Shown here: in pieces, positions 9,925-19,865 of the stretch
How the letters are laid out: each line of letters opens with the position of its first letter
Numbering within the stretch: the stretch's first letter is position 1
NCBI GenBank assembly: GCA_964527965.1
Contig: CAZGPH010000003.1
Coordinates: 77,309-141,308 of the forward strand
DNA from: an uncultured Marinoscillum sp.
Lineage (GTDB): Bacteria; Bacteroidota; Bacteroidia; Cytophagales; MED-G16
Reading direction: 5' to 3'
Length of the DNA: 64,000 nt
Notes under the pieces: model-generated
Seen by the model: only the letters and a program-made list of their open reading frames with translations
Told to the model about the DNA's origin: nothing
The model's database searches: none
Program-made: the position numbers and the translations under genes

Positions 9925-10791
9925 ATGAAAGCAATAATTTTTCCAGGTCAAGGATCTCAGTTTGTTGGAATGGGTAAAGACCTATATGATAGAAATAAAA
10001 AAGCTAAAAGTATGTTTTTATTAGCCAATAAAATTTTAGGTTATGATATTACTGATGTTATGTTTAATGGATCTGTCGATGACCTAAAAAAAACAGATAT
10101 TACACAACCTGCAATTTTTATTCATTCTTGTATAAATTTTTTTCAGAATAAGGTAAATGATATATCGGCTTTTGCTGGACACTCTTTAGGTGAATTCTCT
10201 GCTGTGACATGTTCTGGTTCTTTATCATTTGAGGAGGGACTGGAGTTAGTTTTAATTAGAGCAAGAGCCATGCAAAATGCTTGTAAAAATAATGATTCAA
10301 CTATGGCTGCAATTCTAGCATTATCTGATGATGAGGTAAATACTGTTTGTGAAAAAATAGAAAATGTTGTTCCAGCTAATTATAATTGTCCTGGACAAAT
10401 TGTTATTTCAGGGGCTAAAGAAGGAATACAAAAGGCTTGTGAAGAGTTTAAAGAAAATGGAGGAAAAGCTATTCCATTATCTGTTGGTGGTGGTTTTCAC
10501 TCTCCATATATGGAGCCAGCAAGAGTTGAACTTGAAGAAGCTGTAAATAAAGCTAAAATAGAAATTCCAATTGCTCCAATATATCAAAATTATGATGCCA
10601 AAGGACATATTGATCCTGATAAAATCAGATTAAATCTTGTTAGTCAATTAACATCTCCTGTTAGATGGACTCAATCAGTAAATAATATGGTTGAAGATAA
10701 TTTATTTAAGTTTATTGAATGTGGTCCAGGTAGAGTTTTACAAGGATTAGTAAAAAAAATTAATAGAGAATTAGATGTGTCATCACTTTAA
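9925..10791 (+). CDS. fabD: Malonyl-CoA:ACP transacylase
   Basis: FPGQGSQ start motif, GHSLGEFSA active-site serine motif and GGGFHSP. Confidence 0.92.
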   Translation: MKAIIFPGQGSQFVGMGKDLYDRNKKAKSMFLLANKILGYDITDVMFNGSVDDLKKTDITQPAIFIHSCINFFQNKVNDISAFAGHSLGEFSAVTCSGSLSFEEGLELVLIRARAMQNACKNNDSTMAAILALSDDEVNTVCEKIENVVPANYNCPGQIVISGAKEGIQKACEEFKENGGKAIPLSVGGGFHSPYMEPARVELEEAVNKAKIEIPIAPIYQNYDAKGHIDPDKIRLNLVSQLTSPVRWTQSVNNMVEDNLFKFIECGPGRVLQGLVKKINRELDVSSL

Positions 10792-10800
10792 AATTGTTTT

Positions 10801-11661
10801 ATGAGAGGAATGCTTAAAGAAAATAGTCTAAAGGATAAGGTTATCCTAGTGACGGGGGGAGGTTCTGGACTTGGTAAGTCAATGGTTGAATATTTTTTAG
10901 AATTAGGAGCTAATGTAATTATAACTAGTAGGAGAGAAGAGTTATTGAATGATGTTGCAAAAGAATTTAATTCTCAATATAAATCTGAAGTATTTCCAAT
11001 TGCGTGTGATGTTAGAAAAATTGAACAAGTAGAAAAAGTGATTTCTGATTCTTTTAAAAAATTTGGTAAAATTGATTGCCTATTAAATAATGCTGCCGGA
11101 AATTTTATAAGCCCTACTGAGAGATTATCAACTAGGGCATTTGATGCTGTTATAGATATTGTTCTAAAAGGGACAATAAATTTCTCGCTTACCCTTGGAA
11201 AAAAATGGATAAAGGATAATTCGGAAGGTAATATATTAAATATTGTCACTACATATTCATGGACAGGTTCTGGTTATGTTGTTCCTTCGGCTTGTGCTAA
11301 GGCAGGTGTTCTGAGTATGACAAGGTCTCTAGCTGTAGAGTGGGCAAAATATAAAATTAGATCTAATGCTATTGCACCAGGTCCCTTTCCAACAAAAGGA
11401 GCTTGGGAAAGATTATTACCTGGAGATTTAAAAGATAAATTTGATCCATCAAAAAAGGTCCCAGTTGGTAGAGTAGGTGAGCATCATGAACTTTCAAACT
11501 TAGCAGCATATCTACTTTCTGAATATAGTTCATATATAAATGGTGAAGTTATTACTATTGATGGAGCTGAGTGGTTAAAAGGAGCTGGTCAATTTAATCA
11601 TTTGGATATGGTTTCAGATCAAATGTGGGATATGTTTGATATGATGAGAAAGAAAAAATAA
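10801..11661 (+). CDS. SDR-family oxidoreductase (2,4-dienoyl-CoA reductase-like)
   Basis: VTGGGSGLG cofactor motif, NNAAGNF, AKAG catalytic region. The length and C-terminus are typical of DECR-like SDRs. Confidence 0.7.
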   Translation: MRGMLKENSLKDKVILVTGGGSGLGKSMVEYFLELGANVIITSRREELLNDVAKEFNSQYKSEVFPIACDVRKIEQVEKVISDSFKKFGKIDCLLNNAAGNFISPTERLSTRAFDAVIDIVLKGTINFSLTLGKKWIKDNSEGNILNIVTTYSWTGSGYVVPSACAKAGVLSMTRSLAVEWAKYKIRSNAIAPGPFPTKGAWERLLPGDLKDKFDPSKKVPVGRVGEHHELSNLAAYLLSEYSSYINGEVITIDGAEWLKGAGQFNHLDMVSDQMWDMFDMMRKKK

Positions 11662-13670
11662 TGAGTAAAAAAAGACATCTTGTAACTGCAGCATTAATTT
11701 ATGCTAATGGTCCGGTTCATATTGGACATTTAGCTGGATGCTATATTCCCTCCGACTTATATGTTAGGTATTTAAGATCAAAAGGTGAGGATGTTAAATT
11801 TATCAGTGGTACTGATGAGCATGGAGTTCCAATTACTATTAAGGCTAGGGATGAAAATAAATCACCTCAAGAAATAGTAGATTATTATTATGAACTTATA
11901 AATAATTCATTTAAGGAATTTGGAATTAGCTTTGATATTTTCTCGAGAACATCAAAAGACATTCATCATAAAACTAGCTCTGATTTTTTTCTTAATTTAT
12001 ATGAAAAGGGAGTGTTTCAGGAAATCACTTCTTCTCAGTACTATGATAAAAAAGAAAATCAATTTCTTTCTGATAGATACATAACCGGTGAATGCCCATG
12101 TGGAAAAAATAAAAATGCATATGGTGATCAGTGTGAAGTTTGTGGAAAAACACTCAGTCCTATGGATTTAAAAAATCCAAAGTCAAGTTTATCTGGTAAC
12201 TCACCAACTCTAGAAGAGACAAAAAATTGGTATCTGCCAATGGATAAACTTCAAGTTAATATTGAAAAGTATATTAATACTAAAAAAGATTGGAAATCAA
12301 ATGTCATTGGACAGTGTAAGTCTTGGCTAAATGATGGTCTTAAACCAAGAGCTATGACTAGAGACCTCAACTGGGGAGTTAACGTCCCTTTAAAAGATGC
12401 TGATGGCAAGGTATTATATGTTTGGTTTGATGCCCCCATTGGTTATATAACTGCGACCAAAGAATTAGAACCTGACAATTGGGAAAAATACTGGAAAGAT
12501 GAAGATTCAAGCTTAGTTCACTTTATTGGAAAAGATAATATTGTATTTCATACAATTATATTTCCTATGATGCTTATGGAACATGGAGAGTATATTTTAC
12601 CTGAAAATGTTCCAGCAAATGAGTTTATGAATTTAGAAGGTGAAAAAATTTCAACTTCTAGAAATTGGGCAGTATGGTTACACGAATATCTTAAGGATTT
12701 TCCTGATATGCAGGATGAGTTAAGGTACTGTTTGATTACTAATTTACCAGAGAGTAAGGATAGTGACTTTTCCTGGAAAGATTTTCAACAGAAAAATAAT
12801 AATGAGTTAGTAGCGATACTTGGAAACTACATAAATCGTGTTTTTGTATTATGCGATAAGTTTTTTGATAAAAAAGTTCCCCATTTATCTAATAATGATG
12901 TAGACAAAGAAATTTTTTCTGATCTAAAGGAGTTAAAAGAAAAGATAGAGAAATCAATGCAAAATTTTAAATTTCGCGAGGCAATGAGCTATGTTATTGA
13001 TGTTGCAAGGCTTGGCAATAAATATCTTACTGATACTGAACCATGGAAAATATTTAAAGATGATCCCGATAGAGTTAAAGATATAATTCATAACTCAATT
13101 CAGATAGTAGGTAATATTTCAATTTTATGTGAACCATTTCTTCCATTTACATCAAATAAAATAAGAGATCATTTAAATATTAGTGATCTTTCATGGGATG
13201 ATATAGGCTCAAGTGTTATGCTCCCAGATCATATAATTTCTGGAAAAGCTCATATTTTCTCAAAAATTGAAGATAAAACAATCGAAGATCAAATAAAAAA
13301 ACTTAAATTAAATAATGAAAATGACAATGTTATGCCTCAAAAAAACACAATAGAGTTTGATGATTTCACTAAAGTTGATATTAGAGTAGGTACTGTAATT
13401 GAAGCTGAAAATGTACCAAAATCTGATAAATTATTAAAGCTGAAAGTTGATACCGGGCTAGATAAAAGAACAATATTAAGTGGTATTTCTAAATACTATA
13501 CCCCTGAGAAAATTCTTAATAAAAAGGTGATGGTTCTAATTAATTTAAAACCAAGAAAAATGATGGGATTTGAGAGTCAGGGGATGTTATTGCTTGCAGA
13601 TGACGGAGTTGGTAATTTGAGCTTAATGCAACCAGATTCTAATATTTCAGACGGATCTGTAGTAGCTTAA
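11661..13670 (+). CDS. metG: Methionine-tRNA ligase with C-terminal tRNA-binding (Trbp111/EMAPII-like) domain
   Basis: HIGH-type motif (PVHIGHLAG), a Zn knuckle (CPCG...CEVCG), a KMSKS-like EKISTSR and a C-terminal VDIRVGTV...KLLKLKVD OB-fold. Confidence 0.93.
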   Translation: MSKKRHLVTAALIYANGPVHIGHLAGCYIPSDLYVRYLRSKGEDVKFISGTDEHGVPITIKARDENKSPQEIVDYYYELINNSFKEFGISFDIFSRTSKDIHHKTSSDFFLNLYEKGVFQEITSSQYYDKKENQFLSDRYITGECPCGKNKNAYGDQCEVCGKTLSPMDLKNPKSSLSGNSPTLEETKNWYLPMDKLQVNIEKYINTKKDWKSNVIGQCKSWLNDGLKPRAMTRDLNWGVNVPLKDADGKVLYVWFDAPIGYITATKELEPDNWEKYWKDEDSSLVHFIGKDNIVFHTIIFPMMLMEHGEYILPENVPANEFMNLEGEKISTSRNWAVWLHEYLKDFPDMQDELRYCLITNLPESKDSDFSWKDFQQKNNNELVAILGNYINRVFVLCDKFFDKKVPHLSNNDVDKEIFSDLKELKEKIEKSMQNFKFREAMSYVIDVARLGNKYLTDTEPWKIFKDDPDRVKDIIHNSIQIVGNISILCEPFLPFTSNKIRDHLNISDLSWDDIGSSVMLPDHIISGKAHIFSKIEDKTIEDQIKKLKLNNENDNVMPQKNTIEFDDFTKVDIRVGTVIEAENVPKSDKLLKLKVDTGLDKRTILSGISKYYTPEKILNKKVMVLINLKPRKMMGFESQGMLLLADDGVGNLSLMQPDSNISDGSVVA

Positions 13671-14224
13671 TTATATTTATTCATTGTCCTATCAACACCA
13701 ATGTGGCAAAAGTTTAGAACAATTTCTGTGCTTAATACGATATTGTCCATTAAGTTTTTTTGTTCTTCTTTGCTAAAATCTCCAAGTACATAATCCGACT
13801 GATACCCAGGTCTAAAATTATTATCAATACCAAATCTTAATCTTGCATAATTTGAAGATTTTAAGGTATTATTAATACTTTTTAAACCGTTATGCCCGGC
13901 ATCTGAACCATTCTTTTTTAATCTTATTTTACCAAATGGGAGAGATAAATCATCTGTTATTACAAGAATATTTTCTAGTTTTATTTTTAACTCATTTTTC
14001 CAATACTGAACAGCATTGCCACTATTATTAACGAAATTTGATGGTTTAATCAAATGGATATTTCTTCCTTTAAATTTTCCTTTGGCATAAAAAGCATGTT
14101 TTTTTAGTTCAAATTTAGAGCCAATAATTTCAGAGATATTGTCGGAAATTTTAAACCCAATATTATGCCTTGTTGTTTCATACTCTTCTCCTATGTTACC
14201 AAGACCAACTATTAGGTATTTCAT
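13667..14224 (-). CDS. pth: Peptidyl-tRNA hydrolase
   Basis: MKYLIVGLGNIG..Y..TRHNIGF and GHNGLKS motifs. Confidence 0.92.
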   Translation of the reverse strand: MKYLIVGLGNIGEEYETTRHNIGFKISDNISEIIGSKFELKKHAFYAKGKFKGRNIHLIKPSNFVNNSGNAVQYWKNELKIKLENILVITDDLSLPFGKIRLKKNGSDAGHNGLKSINNTLKSSNYARLRFGIDNNFRPGYQSDYVLGDFSKEEQKNLMDNIVLSTEIVLNFCHIGVDRTMNKYN

Positions 14225-14230
14225 AAATCA

Positions 14231-14263
14231 AAAGTTTAGCATATTAAATTTATACTAAACTTT
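14231..14263 (-). terminator. 9-bp perfect inverted repeat (AAAGTTTAG-15 nt-CTAAACTTT) between rplY and pth; possible attenuator or terminator hairpin
   Basis: Read directly from the sequence. There is no clean U-tract, so function is uncertain. Confidence 0.2.
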
Positions 14264-14295
14264 CGATTTAAAATAATTAAGAATCTTAAAGATTA

Positions 14296-14994
14296 TTAGT
14301 TTTTGCTATCTTCTTTAGAATCTGATGAATCTTTCTTTTCACCTTCAGCTGAACTTCCTTCTTTAGTTTCTGCTCCCTCTGCTCCTTCTGCTCCTTCTAC
14401 TCCTTCTTCTCCTTCTTCTCCTTCTTCATCCTCTTCCTCAACTTCTATCTTCACTCTTGGAACATTTACAGAAACGACACTAACTAATGGACTATTTAAT
14501 ATCTCATACTGATCATTTAATAGTGTTTCAACCGATATACTTTTTCCTAATTGAAGTTCACTAATATCTACTTCTACGAAAGAAGGCATATTCTTAGGAT
14601 AAGCCATCAAGGATAATTTTCTAATCCTTATTAATATTTTTCCACCTTGTTGAACACCTGGTGAGTCTCCAATAATCTTTACTGGTATGTCCATCCTTAT
14701 CTTTTTATTTTCTTGTAGTTCTAAAAAGTCAGCATGGAGAATTACTTCACTTACTGGATGAAACTGAATATCTTGAAGTATAGCATCTTTTTCTACCCCT
14801 TCAATATTTAGTTTTACAAAATTTGCACCGGGCGTATAAACGAGATCTCTGAAAAGAATCATAGGTGAATGAAAATGTATTTGTTCATTACCACCATAAA
14901 CTACACAAGGAACATTACCTTCCTCCCTTAATTTTTTGGAATTCTTTTTACCAAGATTTGCTCTATTATACCCTATAATCTCAATTGTTTCCAT
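14296..14994 (-). CDS. rplY: 50S ribosomal protein L25/Ctc with long acidic Glu/Gly-rich C-terminal tail
   Basis: The N-terminal Ctc/L25 fold sequence (RANLGKKNSKKLREEGNVPCVVYG) is present. It sits in the conserved prs-ctc-pth arrangement. Confidence 0.9.
   Translation of the reverse strand: METIEIIGYNRANLGKKNSKKLREEGNVPCVVYGGNEQIHFHSPMILFRDLVYTPGANFVKLNIEGVEKDAILQDIQFHPVSEVILHADFLELQENKKIRMDIPVKIIGDSPGVQQGGKILIRIRKLSLMAYPKNMPSFVEVDISELQLGKSISVETLLNDQYEILNSPLVSVVSVNVPRVKIEVEEEDEEGEEGEEGVEGAEGAEGAETKEGSSAEGEKKDSSDSKEDSKN
14372..14434. repeat. Imperfect 9-nt tandem periodicity (GCTCCTTCT-like, about 7 units) encoding the (E-G-E/A)n tail of L25
   Basis: Units read by eye: gctccctct gctccttct gctccttct actccttct tctccttct tctccttct tcatcctct. 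Confidence 0.7.
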
Positions 14995-15006
14995 AATTTT
15001 TTAAAT

Positions 15007-15942
15007 TTATCTGTTAATAAAAAGTGAGCTAGTAGATTCATTTTCATGAATTTTCCTAATAGCTTTTGCAATTAATCCTGCAATGGATAACACTTTTATT
15101 TTTTTATTCCTAAATTTTAACGGAATACTATCAGTCACAACTAATTCTGATAATGCTGATTTTTCTAAGTTTTCCTCTGCATTTCCACTAAGTACGGGGT
15201 GGGTGATGATTGCTCTAACAGATTTAGCTCCTTTTTCCATTATTACTTTAGATGCCATTGAAATAGTTCCTCCAGTATCTATCAGATCATCTATTATAAT
15301 TACATCTTTATTTTCTACATTACCAATTACTTGTACAGACTTTACCTGGTTTGCTTTCTCTCTATTCTTATCACATATAACAAAATCTGTATCAAAATAT
15401 TTTGCATATTCTCTAACTCTTTCAGCTCCACCAGCATCTGGAGATGCGAAAATTAAGTTATCTAGGTTTAATTTTTTCACGTAAGGGACAAATACTGAGC
15501 TTCCATTTAAGTGATCAAGTGGAATATCAAAAAAACCTTGAATTTGACCTGCATGTAGATCACAAGAAACTATTCTTGTCGCTCCTGATGCTGTTAGTAA
15601 ATTAGCTAGCAACTTTGCTGAAACTGCGATTCTAGGCTTATCTTTTCTATCTTGTCTTGCATAACCATAGTAGGGTATAACAACATTTACAAATTTTGCA
15701 CTTGCCCTCTTAGCAGCATCTATCATTAAAAATAATTCCATGATATTATCAGAGCTATCAACGGTAGATTGAACAATGTATACATCAGAGCCTCTAACAG
15801 TTTCAGTATATCTAAAACTTAGTTCTCCATCACTGAATTTTCCAAGTTTTCCTTTACCAAGTGGTTTTCCAAATTCTGAAGCGATCTTCTTTGCAAGCTC
15901 TTGAGATCCGCTTCCTGAAAATATTTTTACTGTACTCATCAT
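15007..15942 (-). CDS. prs: Ribose-phosphate pyrophosphokinase
   Basis: IFSGSGS N-terminus, YARQDRK motif and the PRPP-binding loop DVIIIDDLIDTGGT. Confidence 0.93.
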   Translation of the reverse strand: MMSTVKIFSGSGSQELAKKIASEFGKPLGKGKLGKFSDGELSFRYTETVRGSDVYIVQSTVDSSDNIMELFLMIDAAKRASAKFVNVVIPYYGYARQDRKDKPRIAVSAKLLANLLTASGATRIVSCDLHAGQIQGFFDIPLDHLNGSSVFVPYVKKLNLDNLIFASPDAGGAERVREYAKYFDTDFVICDKNREKANQVKSVQVIGNVENKDVIIIDDLIDTGGTISMASKVIMEKGAKSVRAIITHPVLSGNAEENLEKSALSELVVTDSIPLKFRNKKIKVLSIAGLIAKAIRKIHENESTSSLFINR

Positions 15943-15958
15943 AATAGGTTATGTTATG

Positions 15959-16031
15959 TTGGCTCACTAGGGCTCGAACCTAGACTCTTCTGGACCAAAA
16001 CCAGACGTGTTACCAGTTACACCATGAGCCA
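15959..16031 (-). tRNA. tRNA-Gln (anticodon UUG)
   Basis: The reverse complement folds by hand into a cloverleaf. Acceptor TGGCTCA/TGAGCCA, D stem GTGT/ACAC, anticodon stem TCTGG/CCAGA with loop TT-TTG-GT, T stem CTAGG/CCTAG with loop TTCGAGC. No CCA is encoded. Confidence 0.9.
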
Positions 16032-16080
16032 ATATGGGCTACAAAAGTAGATTTATTTTTTTAAATTTTAAAAATTAAAA

Positions 16081-19000
16081 TCATGCATTTTCATCAAGCC
16101 ACTTCCTTGCATTATAAAAAGGTAAAATCCAAGGTGAAATTTTATCATTTCTTTCTCTTGGGTAGTGAGCCCAGTTCCACGGAAAGATTGACCTCTCAAG
16201 ATGTGGCATAATAGCAAGATGTCTTCCGTCTTTTGAACAAATTGCTGCAGTGGACTTATCAGATCCATTAGGATTTCCAGGGTACTCATTATAATGAAAC
16301 TTAGCTGCAATATTTACCTCTTTACTCTTAAGATTAAATTTCCCTTCTCCGTGAGCTGACCAAATTCCTAAAGTAGTATCCTCAAGATTTTTTAACATTA
16401 TAGAATTGGATTTAATAATGTCAATACTTGAAAAAGTACATTCAAATTTATTTGAATGATTATGTTCCATTTTAGGGTGATTTTCTATTTGATTTGGATA
16501 TAATAGATCTAATTCCATCATAAGCTGGCATCCGTTGCATACACCAAGACTTAGTGTGTTTTCTTTTTTGTAAAAATTTTGGATAGTCTTCTTGGCTTTC
16601 TCATTGAATTTAAAAGCTCCAGCCCAACCTTTTGCTGAGCCTAAAACATCAGAATTTGAAAATCCTCCTGGAAATACAAGCATATTAATATCTTTAAGAG
16701 TTTCTCTACCCGATACTAAATCAGTCATGTGTACATCTTTTACTTTAAACCCGGATAGATTTAACATATATGCCATTTCTCTCTCACTATTTATTCCTTT
16801 TTCTCTAATTACAGCTGCTTTTACTTCTTTTTTGAAGTTCATAATTGGTAAACTCCCATTGAAATTAGAAGGGAATTTGAACTTTAGAGGTTGGTTTTTA
16901 TAGTTATTAAATCTTTCTAAACTTTTATTATTTATTGTTTGTTCACTATCCATCAAATATGAATTGTGGTACCATGAATCTCTGAAGTGATCAATATCTA
17001 GATTTAAAGATTTATTTTTAAATTCTATATTTAATTTTCTATCCTTAATTGTATTTCCTAAAGAAATAAAATCAATGTTATTATTAATTAATTTTTTCTT
17101 GCCATTTTTATTTGTTTGAAAAATAATTCCTGGAGACTCGTTGAATAAAATTTTTAATAGATCATCTTCTTTAAATCCATCAAGATTAATTTTTAAACCA
17201 TTTTCAACATTTGGAAAATTCATTTCAAGAAGAGAAGTAATAAGCCCTCCAGATGAAACGTCATGACCTGCAAACAAATTTTTACTTATTATAAGATCTT
17301 GAATAGTTTTAAAAATATTTTTTATTTCATTAGGTGATTTGGTCTCTATTACATTGTTCCCAATACTAGAAAGTGATTGAAAAAATGCAGAACCAGTAAG
17401 GTTTAAGTCCTCACAAAAATTAACATATATTAATTCTAATTTTTCATCGTATAATAAATTAGGTTTTATTACATTATTTATATCTGAAACCTCAGAAACT
17501 GCTGAAATTATAACTGTACCTGGAGAAAGAACTTTTAATCCATTGCTATATTTCTGGGTCATTGATAATGAATCTTTTCCTGTTGGGATATTTACTCCTA
17601 ATTCAATAGCAAAATCACTAACTGACTTAACTGCATTGTATAATCTTGTATTTTCTCCAGGATTATTTGCTGGCCACATCCAATTAGCACTTAGAGAAAT
17701 ATTTGATAACCCATTTTGAATTGGCGCCCATATAATATTTGTTAAAGCTTTTAGAATAGAATACTTTGCTCCAATTTTTTCATCTGCTAAAGAAACAATG
17801 GGAGAAAATCCAACGGTAGTTGCAATACCTTTATTAGATGAGAAATCAAACGCCATGATTCCTAAGTTATTTAAAGGTAACTGAATTTCACCTACGGTTT
17901 GTTGAAGGGCAACTCTACCTGTAACACATCTATCAACTTTATTCGTTAGCCAATCTTTACAAGATACTGATTCTAGAGATAATGTATTTTCTAGATATTT
18001 AATAATTAGGTTTTGATGATATGAGGGGTTTTTAAATTTATATTTAAGTGTTTTGTCCTTAATTATTGTTTTAGGAGAAGATCCAAAAAAGTCATCTAGA
18101 TTTAAATTAATTGGGTTTATATCTTCTTTTCCTTTAAAAACTAATTTATTATTATCCTTAACATATCCAACATGGTATATAGGTGCTCTTTCTCTATCTG
18201 CAATTTTTTTAATTTTATTAAAATCCTCTTTTTTAATAACTAATCCCATTCTCTCTTGTGATTCATTTCCAATAATTTCTTTTTCAGATAAAGTAGGGTC
18301 ACCTATTGGTAACTTATTTATATTTATTAAGCCTCCAGTTTCTTCTAAAAGTTCAGATAAGCAATTTAAATGCCCTCCTGCTCCATGGTCATGTATAGAA
18401 AGGATAGGATTATTTATTTCTTCAGCTAATACTCTTATTACATTAGCAACTCTTTTTTGCATCTCAGGATTTGATCTTTGAACAGCATTAAGCTCAATAT
18501 TATTTTTGAACTCTCCAGTATTAACTGATGATACAGCGCCTCCACCCATACCAATTCTGTAATTATCTCCTCCTAATACAATAACATAGTCTCCATTACT
18601 AATTTTTTTCTTCTTTGACTCATTTTCTTTTCCATATCCGATTCCACCAGCTAGCATAATAACTTTATCATATCCAAGGTTATTTTTTTCTTCAGAATGT
18701 TCAAAAGTAAGAACACTGCCATTAATTAAAGGTTGTCCAAATTTATTTCCATAATCACTTGCACCGTTTGAAGCCTTTATTAGTATGTCTTTTGGATTTT
18801 GATACAACCAATCTTTCTTTTTCTGATTTTTTTCCCATTCTTTAGATGATGATGTTCTAGGGTATGAAGTCATATATACAGCTGTTCCTGCAAGTGGAAT
18901 ACTAGCTTGTCCACCAGCCATCCTATCTCTTATTTCACCTCCTGAACCAGTTGCTGCTCCACTGAAAGGTTCAACAGTAGTAGGAAAGTTATGAGTCTCA

Positions 19001-19728
19001 GCTTTTAGTGATATAGAAGATTTGATTTTTCTTTTAATGTAATAATCTGGAATATCATTTTTGTTAGTTGTGAAAATCTCAATTTGAGGTCCAGTTATAA
19101 ATGCAACATTATCCTTATAAGCTGAAATTAAATTATTAGGGTTTGCTTCAGATGTTGATTTAATCATACTGAATAAACTTTTATCTTTTTCAATTCCATC
19201 AATTACAAATTGTCCATTAAATATTTTATGCCTACAATGTTCTGAATTGACTTGAGAAAAGCCAAACACTTCACTATCTGTAAGTTTTCTTTCTAACCTT
19301 TTACTAACACCTTCTAAATATAATATTTCATCATCACTTAGAGCAAGACCTTGTTCATTATTGTATCTTTTTATATTATTAATGTATGTAACAGGTTCTG
19401 AAACTTTTGTTATATGAAAAATATTTTGATCAGGATTTTGATATTCTGATTGTGTCATCATGTCATGATCAGATTGAGTTTTGATCAAACATTCAATTCT
19501 GGTTATGGAATTGATTCCAATATTTTTACTTATCTCAACAGCATTTGTACTCCAAGGAGTAGTCATCTCCTTAATAGGTCCAATGTAATTACCTTTTAAT
19601 TTTTTGATATTAAGAAATTCAGATCCGTTAAATAACCATGTTAGTTTATTTATCTCCCCTTTAGAGAACTCATCTATATGCTCTACAACAAAGAAATTAT
19701 CAGATGATTTTTTAAAAAATGATATCAT
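16081..19728 (-). CDS. purL: Phosphoribosylformylglycinamidine synthase (single-chain large form)
   Basis: A 1215-aa protein with an FGAM synthase core (NSEHCRHKIF, ETHNFPT, GGEIRD) and a C-terminal glutamine amidotransferase domain (GVCNGCQ...HGEG). Confidence 0.93.
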   Translation of the reverse strand: MISFFKKSSDNFFVVEHIDEFSKGEINKLTWLFNGSEFLNIKKLKGNYIGPIKEMTTPWSTNAVEISKNIGINSITRIECLIKTQSDHDMMTQSEYQNPDQNIFHITKVSEPVTYINNIKRYNNEQGLALSDDEILYLEGVSKRLERKLTDSEVFGFSQVNSEHCRHKIFNGQFVIDGIEKDKSLFSMIKSTSEANPNNLISAYKDNVAFITGPQIEIFTTNKNDIPDYYIKRKIKSSISLKAETHNFPTTVEPFSGAATGSGGEIRDRMAGGQASIPLAGTAVYMTSYPRTSSSKEWEKNQKKKDWLYQNPKDILIKASNGASDYGNKFGQPLINGSVLTFEHSEEKNNLGYDKVIMLAGGIGYGKENESKKKKISNGDYVIVLGGDNYRIGMGGGAVSSVNTGEFKNNIELNAVQRSNPEMQKRVANVIRVLAEEINNPILSIHDHGAGGHLNCLSELLEETGGLININKLPIGDPTLSEKEIIGNESQERMGLVIKKEDFNKIKKIADRERAPIYHVGYVKDNNKLVFKGKEDINPINLNLDDFFGSSPKTIIKDKTLKYKFKNPSYHQNLIIKYLENTLSLESVSCKDWLTNKVDRCVTGRVALQQTVGEIQLPLNNLGIMAFDFSSNKGIATTVGFSPIVSLADEKIGAKYSILKALTNIIWAPIQNGLSNISLSANWMWPANNPGENTRLYNAVKSVSDFAIELGVNIPTGKDSLSMTQKYSNGLKVLSPGTVIISAVSEVSDINNVIKPNLLYDEKLELIYVNFCEDLNLTGSAFFQSLSSIGNNVIETKSPNEIKNIFKTIQDLIISKNLFAGHDVSSGGLITSLLEMNFPNVENGLKINLDGFKEDDLLKILFNESPGIIFQTNKNGKKKLINNNIDFISLGNTIKDRKLNIEFKNKSLNLDIDHFRDSWYHNSYLMDSEQTINNKSLERFNNYKNQPLKFKFPSNFNGSLPIMNFKKEVKAAVIREKGINSEREMAYMLNLSGFKVKDVHMTDLVSGRETLKDINMLVFPGGFSNSDVLGSAKGWAGAFKFNEKAKKTIQNFYKKENTLSLGVCNGCQLMMELDLLYPNQIENHPKMEHNHSNKFECTFSSIDIIKSNSIMLKNLEDTTLGIWSAHGEGKFNLKSKEVNIAAKFHYNEYPGNPNGSDKSTAAICSKDGRHLAIMPHLERSIFPWNWAHYPRERNDKISPWILPFYNARKWLDENA

Positions 19729-19827
19729 TATAATTTATAAGGAACAAAAATAATTTTTTTTATAACATAATTGCATCTCAAATAAAAAAATGAGAAATAA
19801 TAAAACAAAATATTATATGTTTGCGTT

Positions 19828-19855
19828 GGAAACTGTAAATAACATAATAGTTTCC
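19828..19855. promoter_or_regulatory. Inverted repeat GGAAACT-14 nt-AGTTTCC, 11 nt upstream of the TetR start; candidate operator or 5' hairpin
   Basis: Read directly from the sequence. Its position, immediately upstream of an autoregulator-type TetR gene heading an efflux operon, suggests a regulatory role. Confidence 0.3.
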
Positions 19856-19865
19856 TGAGTTTTTT

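Noticed and set aside
15083-15484. A 133-aa antisense ORF inside prs. Similar long antisense ORFs occur in purL (16592..16903, 18053..18481), the RND gene (23442..23771, 25017..25334), sppA (39071..39463), the permease (45200..45661) and proteorhodopsin (61658..61861).
   Set aside because: Each is antisense to a strongly supported conserved gene and has a compositionally biased translation with no family resemblance. I treat them as non-coding shadows.
16068-16310. An 80-aa minus-strand ORF overlapping the 3' end of purL in another frame.
   Set aside because: The purL frame continues with conserved GATase C-terminal sequence through this region. The alternative frame has no recognisable features.
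19790-19858. A 22-codon upstream ORF (MRNNKTKYYMFALETVNNIIVS) ahead of the TetR gene.
   Set aside because: It is too short, it overlaps the inverted repeat that I consider a more likely functional element, and it has no hydrophobic or leader-peptide-like logic. It is probably fortuitous.
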